A stretch of DNA of 24,000 nt from an uncultured Acidimicrobiia bacterium (GTDB taxonomy: Bacteria; Gemmatimonadota; Gemmatimonadetes; Gemmatimonadales; GWC2-71-9). The DNA is taken from assembly GCA_964196605.1 (NCBI GenBank), contig CAXMUQ010000047.1, positions 827-24,826 of the forward strand, given 5' to 3'. Made by a program: the position numbers and the translations under genes. The first letter of the stretch is position 1, and the number at the start of each line of letters is the position of its first letter. Shown piece by piece: positions 6,978 to 15,507 of the stretch. A model generated the notes under the pieces. That model did not search any database. It was not told where the DNA came from and saw nothing but the letters and a program-made list of their open reading frames with translations.

Positions 6978-8873
6978 CTACAGTTGAATCTGCGCACCCA
7001 ACTCCACCACTCGATTGGCGGGCAAGTCGAAGAACGCGGTCGCCGACTGGGCGTTGCGTGACTGAATGATGAACAGGCGCTTGCGCCAATACGCCAACTT
7101 TTCGTTTCCTTCCGGGAGCAACGTCTCTCTTCCCAAATAGTAGCTCGTTTCCATCGGCTTCAACTCGATGCCGTCGTCCTTGAGTCGGCGGATGATCTCC
7201 GGCACGGATGGGGTTTCCATGAATCCGTAGTGGGCGATCACCTGATAAAATCCCTGACCCAGATCGCTCCATTCCACTCGGTCGGCCGGGGCGACCGAGG
7301 GAATTTCCTCCGTCTCGACGGACATGAGGATGACCCGTTCATGCAATACTTTGTTGTGCTTGAGGTGGTGCAGCAGCACCGGTGAGGCGCCGAAGGTATC
7401 ATGGGTCATGAACACCGCGGCCCCAGGCACGCGCACGGGTTCGTTCTTGGTAATGTCGTCCAGGAACATCTGGATGGGCAGCGTTCGTTCCTTCAAGATG
7501 CCGGACAGCACAGTCCTCCCACGCTTCCACGTCGTCATGAACACGAACACACTCCCGGCAACCACCAGTGGGAACCAACCTCCCCGGGGAATCTTGATCA
7601 GATTGGCGGCCCAGAAGGAAAGATCGACGGCCAGTAGCAGAGCCCCGATGGCGGCGATCTTCCACACGGGCCAGTGCCACCGTTCGCGGGCAACCACACA
7701 CCACAAGACGGTGGTGATGGTCATGGTCGCGGTTACGGCCACGCCGTAGGTAGCTGCCAGGTTCGACGCCGATTGGAAACCCAACACCAGTCCGATGCAC
7801 GCCAGGGCCAGAAACCAGTTTACCTGGGGGATATATATCTGTCCGCTCTCGGTGCTCGATGTGTGCACGATGCGCATGCGGGGGATGTAGCCCAGCTGAA
7901 CCGCCTGCCGGGTGAGTGAGAACGAACCGGAAATGAGCGCCTGCGACGCGACCACGGCAGCAGCTGTGGCGAGCACGATCATAGGCCACAGGGCCCACGG
8001 CGGTACCAGTCCATAAAACGGGTTGGTAACCCTGGAAGGATCGGCCAACAACAAGGCCCCTTGGCCGAAATAGTTGAGCACCAGCGCCGGGAACACCGCG
8101 GCGAACCACGCCAGGCGAATCGGTCGCTTGCCGAAGTGCCCCATGTCGGCGTACAACGCTTCACCGCCGGTCACCACCAACACGACCACAGCGAAGATGA
8201 TGAATCCGTGCAAGCCGTGGTCGATGAAAAACGCCACGGCGTACCATGGGTTCAACGCCCAGAGCACGGCAGGCTCCCGGACGATGCCGCCGATCCCCAG
8301 TAGTGAAATGGCGATGAACCACACCAGGGTAATCGGCCCGAATACAGCCCCGACGCCGGCGGTCCCCCTGCTTTGAATGGCGAACAGCCCGACCAGGATA
8401 ACCAAGGCGATCGGGACAACCCACGACTCGAGCCCCGGAGCAGCCACGCTGAGGCCCTCCATGGCACCGAGCACCGAGATAGCGGGAGTGATGACTCCAT
8501 CGCCATATAGGAATGCGGCCCCGAATACGCCGAGCATGATCATCAACCAGCGTCTCCTGGTTGCATAGCGGTGGGGCCGAAGCAGCGCCAGCAGGGCCAG
8601 GACACCGCCCTCGCCCCGGTTGTCGGCCCGCATCATGAGCATGAGGTATTTGAAACTGATGATGAAATTCAGGGACCAGAAGATGAGCGACAACACGCCC
8701 AGAACATTGGCTGTCGTCAGGGCGACGCCGTAGGGTTCGTGAAACGCCTCCTTGATGGCGTACAAGGGACTGGTACCGATATCACCGTAAACCACCCCAA
8801 GAGCACCAAGCGATAGCGCCGCCAGTGCCTTCCCCTTGGGGGCGGATTGTTCCGATGCCGCACCTTGAGTCAT
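6978..8873 (-). CDS. kup: KUP/HAK/KT-family potassium uptake transporter
   Basis: 631 aa. N-terminal hallmark GVVYGDIGTSPLYA, about 12 TM segments, and the cytoplasmic C-terminal domain typical of Kup. Confidence 0.95.
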   Translation of the reverse strand: MTQGAASEQSAPKGKALAALSLGALGVVYGDIGTSPLYAIKEAFHEPYGVALTTANVLGVLSLIFWSLNFIISFKYLMLMMRADNRGEGGVLALLALLRPHRYATRRRWLMIMLGVFGAAFLYGDGVITPAISVLGAMEGLSVAAPGLESWVVPIALVILVGLFAIQSRGTAGVGAVFGPITLVWFIAISLLGIGGIVREPAVLWALNPWYAVAFFIDHGLHGFIIFAVVVLVVTGGEALYADMGHFGKRPIRLAWFAAVFPALVLNYFGQGALLLADPSRVTNPFYGLVPPWALWPMIVLATAAAVVASQALISGSFSLTRQAVQLGYIPRMRIVHTSSTESGQIYIPQVNWFLALACIGLVLGFQSASNLAATYGVAVTATMTITTVLWCVVARERWHWPVWKIAAIGALLLAVDLSFWAANLIKIPRGGWFPLVVAGSVFVFMTTWKRGRTVLSGILKERTLPIQMFLDDITKNEPVRVPGAAVFMTHDTFGASPVLLHHLKHNKVLHERVILMSVETEEIPSVAPADRVEWSDLGQGFYQVIAHYGFMETPSVPEIIRRLKDDGIELKPMETSYYLGRETLLPEGNEKLAYWRKRLFIIQSRNAQSATAFFDLPANRVVELGAQIQL

Positions 8874-8879
8874 GGAATA

Positions 8880-9335
8880 TCAGGAGGGGAGCGTTGCAAC
8901 CGGCTCGCCGTGACCAGGAGCCAGCCGCCTGAAATCCAGCAGCGAGGCCACGAAGACCACCATGATGATGACGGCCGAGGCGACACACCAACGGCAGATG
9001 GCGTGGATTACCATCACTTCGAGTGCGGTCAGGTAGAGGGCGAACGCAACGCCCAAGCCAGACATGGCTACGAGAAGGAGCGACACACCGCGCCGGCCCA
9101 CTAAAGGCGGTTGCAAACCCACCATGGCGACCAGAAACAGCCCCAAGTATCCCAGCAGACCGATCAGCGACACCTCGACACCGAGAAAACTAGCCCACTC
9201 GCTCGTCTGCACCGTCTCACAGCCCCCTGTGCCACACGCCATTGTGCCGATCTTGCCGATTTTGTACAGGAACAGGTAGCTAGCGATCAACATTCCCACC
9301 ATACTCAGGAAGGCAGCCACCATCCGATACTTCAT
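8880..9335 (-). CDS. vitamin K epoxide reductase (VKOR) family membrane protein, DsbB-substitute type
   Basis: Four TM segments, loop cysteines CGTGGC and active-site CRWC in the last helix. Preferred start is MKYRMVAAF at 9335, whose ATG overlaps the DsbA-like stop as ATGA. The track's 60-aa N-terminal extension is Arg/Pro-rich and overlaps the upstream gene. Confidence 0.8.
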   Translation of the reverse strand: MKYRMVAAFLSMVGMLIASYLFLYKIGKIGTMACGTGGCETVQTSEWASFLGVEVSLIGLLGYLGLFLVAMVGLQPPLVGRRGVSLLLVAMSGLGVAFALYLTALEVMVIHAICRWCVASAVIIMVVFVASLLDFRRLAPGHGEPVATLPS

Positions 9336-10003
9336 TCGCCGGCGGCCGCCTGCTGCAGCGAGTCGGCGAGGGCCTTCAGGAAATCGTAGTTCATGCCGCG
9401 AGCATCGTACCGGCGGCCGTCCATCACGAACGAGGGCGTCGAGTTGACGCCGAGGCGAATACCCTCCTGGCGTGAAGCCGCGATACGGCCCGCGTATCGT
9501 GCATCTCCCATGCATGCATCGTACTCGGCCATATCGAGTCCCAACTGTTGCATGTAATCACGGAAGGTCCCCGCGGCGCTCCGTTCACGCGACCATACGG
9601 GTTGACCATTGTAAATGGCTTCGTGTGCCTCCCAGTAGCGGTTCTGGTCATCGGCACATGCCGCCGCGTGCGCGGCCATGCGCGCATGCGGATGGCTCTG
9701 ATCCAACGGGAAATCCCGAAACCGCCAGCGGACCAGACCGGCATCGACCAACCGGGACTTGATGGTTGGAAACTGTACCACAGCGAAACTCTGACAGAAG
9801 GGACATTCGTAGTCGCCGTACTCGCTCACCTCTATCAAGGCGTTCTCTGATCCGATGTAGTACCCTGAGAACCCCGCCGTATCGGAAGTCTGTATCACCA
9901 CATCGATGGGAATTGCTACCGAGGTGGGGCGCTTCGTCATCCACCACAGCCCTGCAGCACCCACAACGGCTACAACGCCGATGATTGCATAGAACCTCTT
10001 CAT
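9332..10003 (-). CDS. DsbA-family thiol:disulfide oxidoreductase with N-terminal membrane anchor
   Basis: Thioredoxin-fold active site YECPFCQ and a hydrophobic N-terminus MKRFYAIIGVVAVVGAAGLWW. The ATG at 10003 overlaps the upstream gene's stop as ATGA, and a GGGAG Shine-Dalgarno lies 6 nt upstream. Confidence 0.85.
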   Translation of the reverse strand: MKRFYAIIGVVAVVGAAGLWWMTKRPTSVAIPIDVVIQTSDTAGFSGYYIGSENALIEVSEYGDYECPFCQSFAVVQFPTIKSRLVDAGLVRWRFRDFPLDQSHPHARMAAHAAACADDQNRYWEAHEAIYNGQPVWSRERSAAGTFRDYMQQLGLDMAEYDACMGDARYAGRIAASRQEGIRLGVNSTPSFVMDGRRYDARGMNYDFLKALADSLQQAAAGE

Positions 10004-10308
10004 TCCTGCTCCCTCTGCCGCCATGGTTCATCATCCTTCGGTTCATCGTCGAATAAGGAATCGGAACTGCCTCGCGCCTCATCGATTATCTGTCGACTGC
10101 GCGCCACTTCGGGGCTGTCATAGGTCGATCGCACCTCGTAGTGGAACAACTCGCTGCGGATATCCCCGAGCGCGCGCAAAAGGGCAGGCACGTCCTTCAG
10201 CAACTTTCCGTCCCGCTCGAGTTGCAGGATTCGGTCAGCGAACTCCCGGAGGAGTACCTCGAGGCGCTCGGAACGCTCTCGGCCGTAAATTTCGTCGTGC
10301 TGGTCCAT
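10000..10308 (-). CDS. hypothetical small acidic, predicted helical cytoplasmic protein (about 102 aa)
   Basis: ORF with no signal peptide or TM segment, a coiled/helical-looking sequence and an acidic tail (DDEPKDDEPWRQREQE). The ATG at 10308 is preceded by a GAGGTG Shine-Dalgarno at 5 nt; the track start at 10314 is a GTG. The stop overlaps the DsbA-like start. I recognise no family. Confidence 0.6.
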   Translation of the reverse strand: MDQHDEIYGRERSERLEVLLREFADRILQLERDGKLLKDVPALLRALGDIRSELFHYEVRSTYDSPEVARSRQIIDEARGSSDSLFDDEPKDDEPWRQREQE

Positions 10309-10393
10309 GCTCACACCTCTAGGTCGTCGACCGGGCCCCCGAAACGAGTCACTACAATCTAATCCCCATCAGAAGGGGGTGGCGACCACCCAA

Positions 10394-10423
10394 TTGCACC
10401 ATTGCGTACGAAGCCATTATATT
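10394..10423 (+). promoter_or_regulatory. Putative sigma70-type promoter of the 85-aa gene
   Basis: TTGCAC (10394-10399), an 18-nt spacer, TATATT (10418-10423). It lies about 50 nt upstream of an AAGGAG Shine-Dalgarno and the ATG at 10475. Confidence 0.4.
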
Positions 10424-10474
10424 GCGGCGCTTGTAGTTGGACGATACGTTCACATATGAAACAAAGGAGAGTGC

Positions 10475-10732
10475 ATGGCCAAGAACACCCCCCAGGGACA
10501 TCCAAACTCGTTCGACCAGGCTCGGGACGAACTATTCAGTCACATTCTGAGATGTGGCGTCCTCGAAGCCGAGCTCGAGCACCAGAAGGACTGGTTCGAT
10601 GATACCATGCAATATCTCGCCGACCGATACCTGGACCTGTCAAACGAGAACCTGGCCGACGTCAGGGTGCTGGGAGAACGATACTGCCAACCGGTGGTGA
10701 ACAAGGCGCAGGCGGAGTCCGTCACCGCCTGA
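10475..10732 (+). CDS. hypothetical small cytoplasmic protein (85 aa)
   Basis: Strong AAGGAG Shine-Dalgarno 5 nt upstream, with its own promoter-like element and terminator. The sequence is helical and acidic with two Cys. I recognise no family. Confidence 0.6.
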   Translation: MAKNTPQGHPNSFDQARDELFSHILRCGVLEAELEHQKDWFDDTMQYLADRYLDLSNENLADVRVLGERYCQPVVNKAQAESVTA

Positions 10733-10748
10733 CTTGATCGATTCGCTG

Positions 10749-10772
10749 CCGCCCCCTCTCCGGGGCGGTTTT
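10749..10772 (+). terminator. Rho-independent terminator of the 85-aa gene
   Basis: ccgcccc (10749-10755) pairs with ggggcgg (10762-10768) around a 6-nt loop, followed by TTTT. It lies 17 nt after the stop codon. Confidence 0.6.
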
Positions 10773-10808
10773 GCTAGGGGCGTTTCACTCCGGCTTGGAA
10801 GCACTGAC

Positions 10809-11249
10809 TCACCGCCAGCGGTAACCCACTGCCATCCGGAACCCGCCCCCAAAGCCCAGCTCTGCCGTCCACCCACCCCCTCCACCGGGTGACTCTTCGA
10901 TACCCAACAGCACCACCATGTAGCCCTGGGTGGTGGCCCCGCCCGCCAAAGCCAAGCCCCCTCCACCATAAACGCCAAGCGAATGAGAGTTGGGATGCAA
11001 ATGGAAGTGAGCCAAGCCCTCGAGGCGCCAGGCCACATCCCCGCCCTGCACCCCCAGCGCCGCGGTCCCGACGAGCCGTACTCGCCGCTCCACCCTGATT
11101 CCGGCAGAAGGACCTGCCACCACCGCCACGGGGTCGTCGGTGGTGGCTATCAGCTGCACTCCCAGCTCGTGTACGCGCTGTCCCACCACCACTGACGGAA
11201 CCGCCAACAGTGCTCCAGCCAGGGTCAGGTTACCCCAGATGGAGGTCAT
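10809..11249 (-). CDS. hypothetical Gly-rich secreted protein, possibly a small beta-barrel outer-membrane protein
   Basis: 146 aa. Hydrophobic N-terminus LTLAGALLAVPSVVVG, alternating hydrophobic/polar stretches, Gly runs, and an aromatic/basic C-terminus GYRWR. It overlaps the OsmC stop by 20 nt. The fold assignment is inference only. Confidence 0.45.
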   Translation of the reverse strand: MTSIWGNLTLAGALLAVPSVVVGQRVHELGVQLIATTDDPVAVVAGPSAGIRVERRVRLVGTAALGVQGGDVAWRLEGLAHFHLHPNSHSLGVYGGGGLALAGGATTQGYMVVLLGIEESPGGGGGWTAELGFGGGFRMAVGYRWR

Positions 11250-11640
11250 AGGTGATCGGGGCGTCCAGTTTCAACGTGTGGGTTACCGAGCAGTACTTCT
11301 CCAGTGAGAGGTCGATACTCCGCCGGGCCTTGGCCTCGTCAAGGTTCCTGCCCGCAAGATGAAAGTCTATGTGGATGGTCAGGTAGCGCTTGGGATAGGT
11401 CTCGTTGCGAACTCCCCGGACCTCCATACGAAACGTGGTCAACTCAACTTCCATCTTGGGCAGCATGGTGACGATATCGCTGCCGGCGCATCCGGCAATC
11501 GCCATCAGCAGCTGCAGCATCGGTCCAGGGGCCGTCTCGTTGGTGCCGTCGACAACAGCCACCGGCCCATCGGGCGCACCGCCTTCGAACACCATGTCTT
11601 GCCGCCAGTTCATGACGATGTGCTTGGTTTCCTGTGCCAT
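11230..11640 (-). CDS. OsmC/Ohr-family peroxiredoxin-like protein
   Basis: 136 aa of typical OsmC size. Two conserved Cys contexts (AIAGCAGSD and EKYCSVTHTL) match the OsmC family pattern. Confidence 0.8.
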   Translation of the reverse strand: MAQETKHIVMNWRQDMVFEGGAPDGPVAVVDGTNETAPGPMLQLLMAIAGCAGSDIVTMLPKMEVELTTFRMEVRGVRNETYPKRYLTIHIDFHLAGRNLDEAKARRSIDLSLEKYCSVTHTLKLDAPITYDLHLG

Positions 11641-11664
11641 GTTGTTCCTCGCCGTATCGGTTTT

Positions 11665-14286
11665 CTAACTTGAGACCGCTACCTCTGTTACCCGTCCCCT
11701 TACCACACCTTCGGCACACTGGTCCCCGGTGAACGCCTTTCGGCACACCGCTGCCACGTCGTCGACGGTGACCGTGTGATACCGGCGCCACGGATTCGCG
11801 AGATCCGCCACTCCATCACCGGCGAACCAGGCGTCCAGGATCTCGCCCATGATTGCCGAACTCGACTGCCGAGCAATTTCCTGTTGACCTGCCAGGTAAT
11901 TGACGGCTCGGGACAATTCATCAGCCGACACCGGCTCAGCCGCAAACCGCTTGAGTTCTCGATGAAGACCATCCCGGGCCTCCTGCTCTCGCCCGGGAGA
12001 CGTGGCCAGGTAGGCCAGCAACGCGCCGGCGCGGTGCCGCTGCCACGAGGATGCCACCACCGTGTAGGCCAGCGACTGTTGTGACCGGAGAATCTCGAAC
12101 AACCTGCCGCCTAGCCCACCCGCCACCGCGGCCCACACCTCAGCCGCAGATCGCTCGTGATCGAGTCGGCCCGGCCCGGGGAATACCATCGCCAAGGCCG
12201 TTTGAGCCTTGTCGCGCTGTTCCGTTCGCAGGGGTCCCGATGTATCGACGGCCTGGCGCGCCAACTGTTGTCGGGCGTTTGGCTCCGCTGCTGGATAATC
12301 CTGGAAAACCGCGGCGATCTGGTCAGCCAACGCCTGTGGTTCTGCATCCCCCACGGCTACCACGGTAAGCCGCGCGCCGTCGATCAATAGCCGGAATTCG
12401 TCCCGAGCTCGATCGGCATCGAACCCCGCGAGCGATTCCGGGATTCCTCCCAGCGGCACACCATACCCCGTGTCATGAAACGCGGCGCCCAGAGCCAGTT
12501 GGAACGGATAACTGAACATGTCGTCAGTCCGGCGCCGGGCTTCCTCTATCATCACAGCCCGCTCGCGATCCACTTCTTCGGCGGCAAACGAAGGGTCTTC
12601 CAACAGCCGACGCATAAGGACGGCGGCAGCGGGAGCCTCGTCTGCCACCACGGTACACCCGAACCCGAAGCGCTCGGCAGCGACAACGGCGCCCACCGCT
12701 CCTCCCCTGCGTTCGAATCCAGCGGCCACACTCCCCGCTCCGAACTGCCCTACGCCACGGATGGCGCTGCGCACTGCCAGAGCTCCCAACCCTGAGGTAA
12801 CAAGCGTTTCACCTGAATCGCGCGGGCCGTAGACGCCCAGAGTAATGGTAGGCACGTCCCGTTTGGGCCTGATAATGACATCGACTCCGTCCAGTGACAC
12901 CACGTGCACGGCGTCGTCGCCGGCCAAGGGCACGTGAATGGCCTGGGGAGCCTCCACGGGAATGTCAGGCAGGGCGGCCAACGGTGTGCCGGCCCCGTGG
13001 ACCAGACGGGCCGCGACATCGTCCACCTCCATTTCGGCCCCTCGCTCCTCAGGGAGGTAGCTCACCGCGGACACTGATTGCGGATCGATCCATTGCTGGG
13101 CGGCCGCGCGAATTTCTTCGGCCGTTGTATCCTGGAGCCGTTGATATTCTTCGTCCAACACCCGCACGTCCCGCAATGCCTCCGCCGCTGCAAGTGCCGA
13201 CGCACGCCCATCCGTCGACTCGAACCCACGTGCCCAACGCGTTAGCAGCAGCGTCCTGGCTCGCTCCAATTCCACTGCTGCCGGGCCATCGTTTACCAAG
13301 CGATCGATCGCCTGTCCCAATCCATCGAGCGCCGGGGCAATGCGATCCGGCGCCAGTTCCATTCCCACCCCAAACAACCCCAGCTCGGTCGGCGCAAACG
13401 TGTACGCGGACACCGATGACACCACGCCGGGGGAGCGAAGCAACCGGTACAACCAGGAACCCCGGCCGGCCGACAAGATCGCCGCCGCCAATTCGAGGGG
13501 CGCCTCATCGGGGTGTTGCGGCGGCACCGTCCGCCAACCGAGTGCCAGCCGCGCCTGCGCCACATCTCCGCGCAGCGTACGGACACGCACCTCCTGGCGG
13601 GGTGGCTCAACCGGCGAACGATCCTCGGCTGGAGCAACGTCCGGCCAGTCCTGGTACCTCTCCTGGGCCATGGCCAGCGCTTTGTCCGGGTCGATGTCGC
13701 CCACGATGGCAACAATGGTGTTGCGGGGCACGTAGCGGGAGCGATAGTACTGCCAGACGTCTTCACGAGTGAGTTGGGCCAGGTGGTTCTCGTGGCCAAT
13801 TCTCCACCGGCGGATCCGGTGATGGTCGTACATGACCTCAAAGAGTGTCTCGGTGGCGAGCGCGCCCGGAGAATCCCACTTGCGCTTGGCCTCTTGAGTT
13901 ATGACCTGCAGTTCCCGGTCGAGCTCGCCGGGGTCAATGACGGAGTGCTGAAGCGCGTCCGCCTGGATGTCGAGCGCCGATTGAAGTGAGGATGCTGGGA
14001 GCACCACATAGTACGTGGTGTAATCGTACGACGTGCCGGCGTTGAGGTACCCGCCGGCAGCTTTAGTCTCCTGGGCGATCTGGCCGACGCCACGCGTCGG
14101 CGTACCCTTGAAGAACATGTGTTCCAGAACGTGGGAGACGCCGACCCAGCGATCGGGCTCATCGAAGAACCCGGCTTTGACGTGGGTCACCACCGCGGCC
14201 GCCGGGGCGGCGGGCTGCGCTTGCACCAAGATCGTGAGTCCGTTGCGGAGCTGCCTCCGCCGGACGCCGGCCGTCCAACGGCCCAT
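11665..14286 (-). CDS. M16-family zinc metallopeptidase (pitrilysin/insulinase type, double-module about 870 aa)
   Basis: Inverted zinc motif HVLEHMFFKG (HxxEH) near the N-terminus. Four M16-like half-domains are suggested by the length and by repeated LxxL/peptidase_M16_C-like regions. The ATG at 14286 is preferred; the track start at 14289 is a TTG. Confidence 0.88.
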   Translation of the reverse strand: MGRWTAGVRRRQLRNGLTILVQAQPAAPAAAVVTHVKAGFFDEPDRWVGVSHVLEHMFFKGTPTRGVGQIAQETKAAGGYLNAGTSYDYTTYYVVLPASSLQSALDIQADALQHSVIDPGELDRELQVITQEAKRKWDSPGALATETLFEVMYDHHRIRRWRIGHENHLAQLTREDVWQYYRSRYVPRNTIVAIVGDIDPDKALAMAQERYQDWPDVAPAEDRSPVEPPRQEVRVRTLRGDVAQARLALGWRTVPPQHPDEAPLELAAAILSAGRGSWLYRLLRSPGVVSSVSAYTFAPTELGLFGVGMELAPDRIAPALDGLGQAIDRLVNDGPAAVELERARTLLLTRWARGFESTDGRASALAAAEALRDVRVLDEEYQRLQDTTAEEIRAAAQQWIDPQSVSAVSYLPEERGAEMEVDDVAARLVHGAGTPLAALPDIPVEAPQAIHVPLAGDDAVHVVSLDGVDVIIRPKRDVPTITLGVYGPRDSGETLVTSGLGALAVRSAIRGVGQFGAGSVAAGFERRGGAVGAVVAAERFGFGCTVVADEAPAAAVLMRRLLEDPSFAAEEVDRERAVMIEEARRRTDDMFSYPFQLALGAAFHDTGYGVPLGGIPESLAGFDADRARDEFRLLIDGARLTVVAVGDAEPQALADQIAAVFQDYPAAEPNARQQLARQAVDTSGPLRTEQRDKAQTALAMVFPGPGRLDHERSAAEVWAAVAGGLGGRLFEILRSQQSLAYTVVASSWQRHRAGALLAYLATSPGREQEARDGLHRELKRFAAEPVSADELSRAVNYLAGQQEIARQSSSAIMGEILDAWFAGDGVADLANPWRRYHTVTVDDVAAVCRKAFTGDQCAEGVVRGRVTEVAVSS

Positions 14287-14302
14287 CAACGGCCTGCCAA
14301 CG

Positions 14303-15424
14303 TCACTGAATGATGCGAAGGACGCCCGCCTCGGCGCTCCCCCGAATGAACGCCTCGGCGTCGGTGACTGGAATTACCACCCCGGTCTCCGTCTGGCCAC
14401 GCCTGGCCAGTCCCGCCATGAAGTCGCGCAATGAAGATCCGGCCCACTCCCCATCCGCGTCCCGCATCTGAAGCAGAATCTCTTCCCAGTTGCCGTTGAA
14501 CAAGTGGCCCAAGAGCGTGGCGACCAAATGGCTGCCCCCATGGTTTGGCCGCCGTTTTTCCATGCCCGGCAAATCAGCCACCATGGCACTGAACAACTCA
14601 AGCTGGGTGGGGTCGCGGGTACTGCCGTCCGGTTGTTGCGCCTCGACCTCGGCCAACAGCACGTCGATCGGGTCGGGGTCACCGGAGATTTCCTTCAGCC
14701 GCTGGACCCAGGGGGTGAGTTCGGGGTCGTCTTCCGGCAACCGGTACAACGCCCGCTTCAAGTCGAGGTAGCGCCACAGCCCCAGTTCATCATAGTGCTC
14801 CTCGGGCTCAGTGCGACCCAAGTGATGTAGTGCCGCCTCCGACTCTCCTCTATCGTAGAGAATGTTCGCCAGATAGATGCGAGCTTCACTGTAGTCGGGA
14901 TCTAGCTCAAGAGCGCGGCGCATCCAGTATAGAGCGATCGGGTCCCGCCCCATCCGATGTGCCGCGTACCCAACGCAGGCCGCTGCCTCAGCCGAGTCTG
15001 GGTGGTTCGAAACCACCAAGCCGAAGAAGCGGTGGGCATGGCCCACGAGTCCCTGGCGGAACAGAGCCCGGCCGAGTTGCAGCATGAGTTCGTGGTCGTC
15101 CTGGAAGCCCAATTCGACGATGCGCTCGTAAGCCAGCAGGGCGCCTTGAACATCACCCAACTTAAGCAGCACCTCACCGTACCCCGCCAAGGCATCCTCG
15201 TGGTCCATGTCGAGGCCAAGGGCCGCTTCGAAGGAGCGTCGAGCCCAGGGATACTCCTCCCTGGCGAGATAGGCATAGGCCATCCCGACCTGGAGTTCCG
15301 CGGCGTTGGGATAGAGTGCTGCGCCTTCCTTTAAGATGTCCAGCGCGTCGTCGTAGCGACCTTCGTTGTAGAGTTGGTGGGCTTGTTCGTCGTATTCGTC
15401 GGAGCTCAGAAAGCGTTCCGACAT
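14303..15424 (-). CDS. TPR-repeat protein with an uncharacterised C-terminal domain
   Basis: The N-terminal roughly 230 aa show repeated TPR-like A/Y/L spacing (YNEGRYDDALDILKEG, MAYAYLAREEYPWARRSFEAAL, ARIYLANILYDRGESEAAL). The C-terminal roughly 140 aa are unrecognised. Preferred start is MSERF at 15424 with a GGGAGG Shine-Dalgarno 8 nt upstream; the track start at 15472 is a TTG. Confidence 0.8.
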   Translation of the reverse strand: MSERFLSSDEYDEQAHQLYNEGRYDDALDILKEGAALYPNAAELQVGMAYAYLAREEYPWARRSFEAALGLDMDHEDALAGYGEVLLKLGDVQGALLAYERIVELGFQDDHELMLQLGRALFRQGLVGHAHRFFGLVVSNHPDSAEAAACVGYAAHRMGRDPIALYWMRRALELDPDYSEARIYLANILYDRGESEAALHHLGRTEPEEHYDELGLWRYLDLKRALYRLPEDDPELTPWVQRLKEISGDPDPIDVLLAEVEAQQPDGSTRDPTQLELFSAMVADLPGMEKRRPNHGGSHLVATLLGHLFNGNWEEILLQMRDADGEWAGSSLRDFMAGLARRGQTETGVVIPVTDAEAFIRGSAEAGVLRIIQ

Positions 15425-15454
15425 CGGCAGGGCCTCCCAGCGAGGGTATGGATT

Positions 15455-15483
15455 AAAGTAGGAACTTCCCAACGCGGGATCAA
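15455..15483 (-). promoter_or_regulatory. Putative internal sigma70-type promoter for the TPR-M16-OsmC group
   Basis: On the minus strand: TTGATC (15483-15478), a 17-nt spacer, TACTTT (15460-15455). It lies in the 83-nt gap upstream of the TPR gene's Shine-Dalgarno and ATG. Confidence 0.3.
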
Positions 15484-15507
15484 GAGAGTTGCATGGGTCA
15501 TATTCGG

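Noticed and set aside
7399-8109. 236-aa minus-strand ORF and several 60-140-aa ORFs inside kup
   Set aside because: These are alternative frames of a full-length, motif-bearing Kup gene. Their Arg/Gly/His-rich composition points to a GC-frame artefact.
10383-10399. TGGCGA...TTGCAC, a possible second sigma54 element upstream of the 85-aa gene
   Set aside because: The GG-to-GC spacing is 3 nt too long for a -24/-12 promoter. The TTGCAC fits better as a sigma70-type -35 paired with TATATT 18 nt downstream.
12711-12720. GTTCGAATCC string resembling a tRNA T-loop
   Set aside because: The flanks do not form a T-arm or acceptor stem, and the string lies inside the M16 peptidase CDS. No tRNA cloverleaf could be built anywhere in the window.
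12894-13772. 292-aa + strand ORF antisense to the M16 peptidase gene
   Set aside because: Its composition is extreme in Pro/Arg/Ala (PRARRRRRPRAREWPGEPP...). It lies fully inside a well-supported minus-strand CDS with an HxxEH motif. This is typical stop-codon-poor antisense frame noise in GC-rich DNA.
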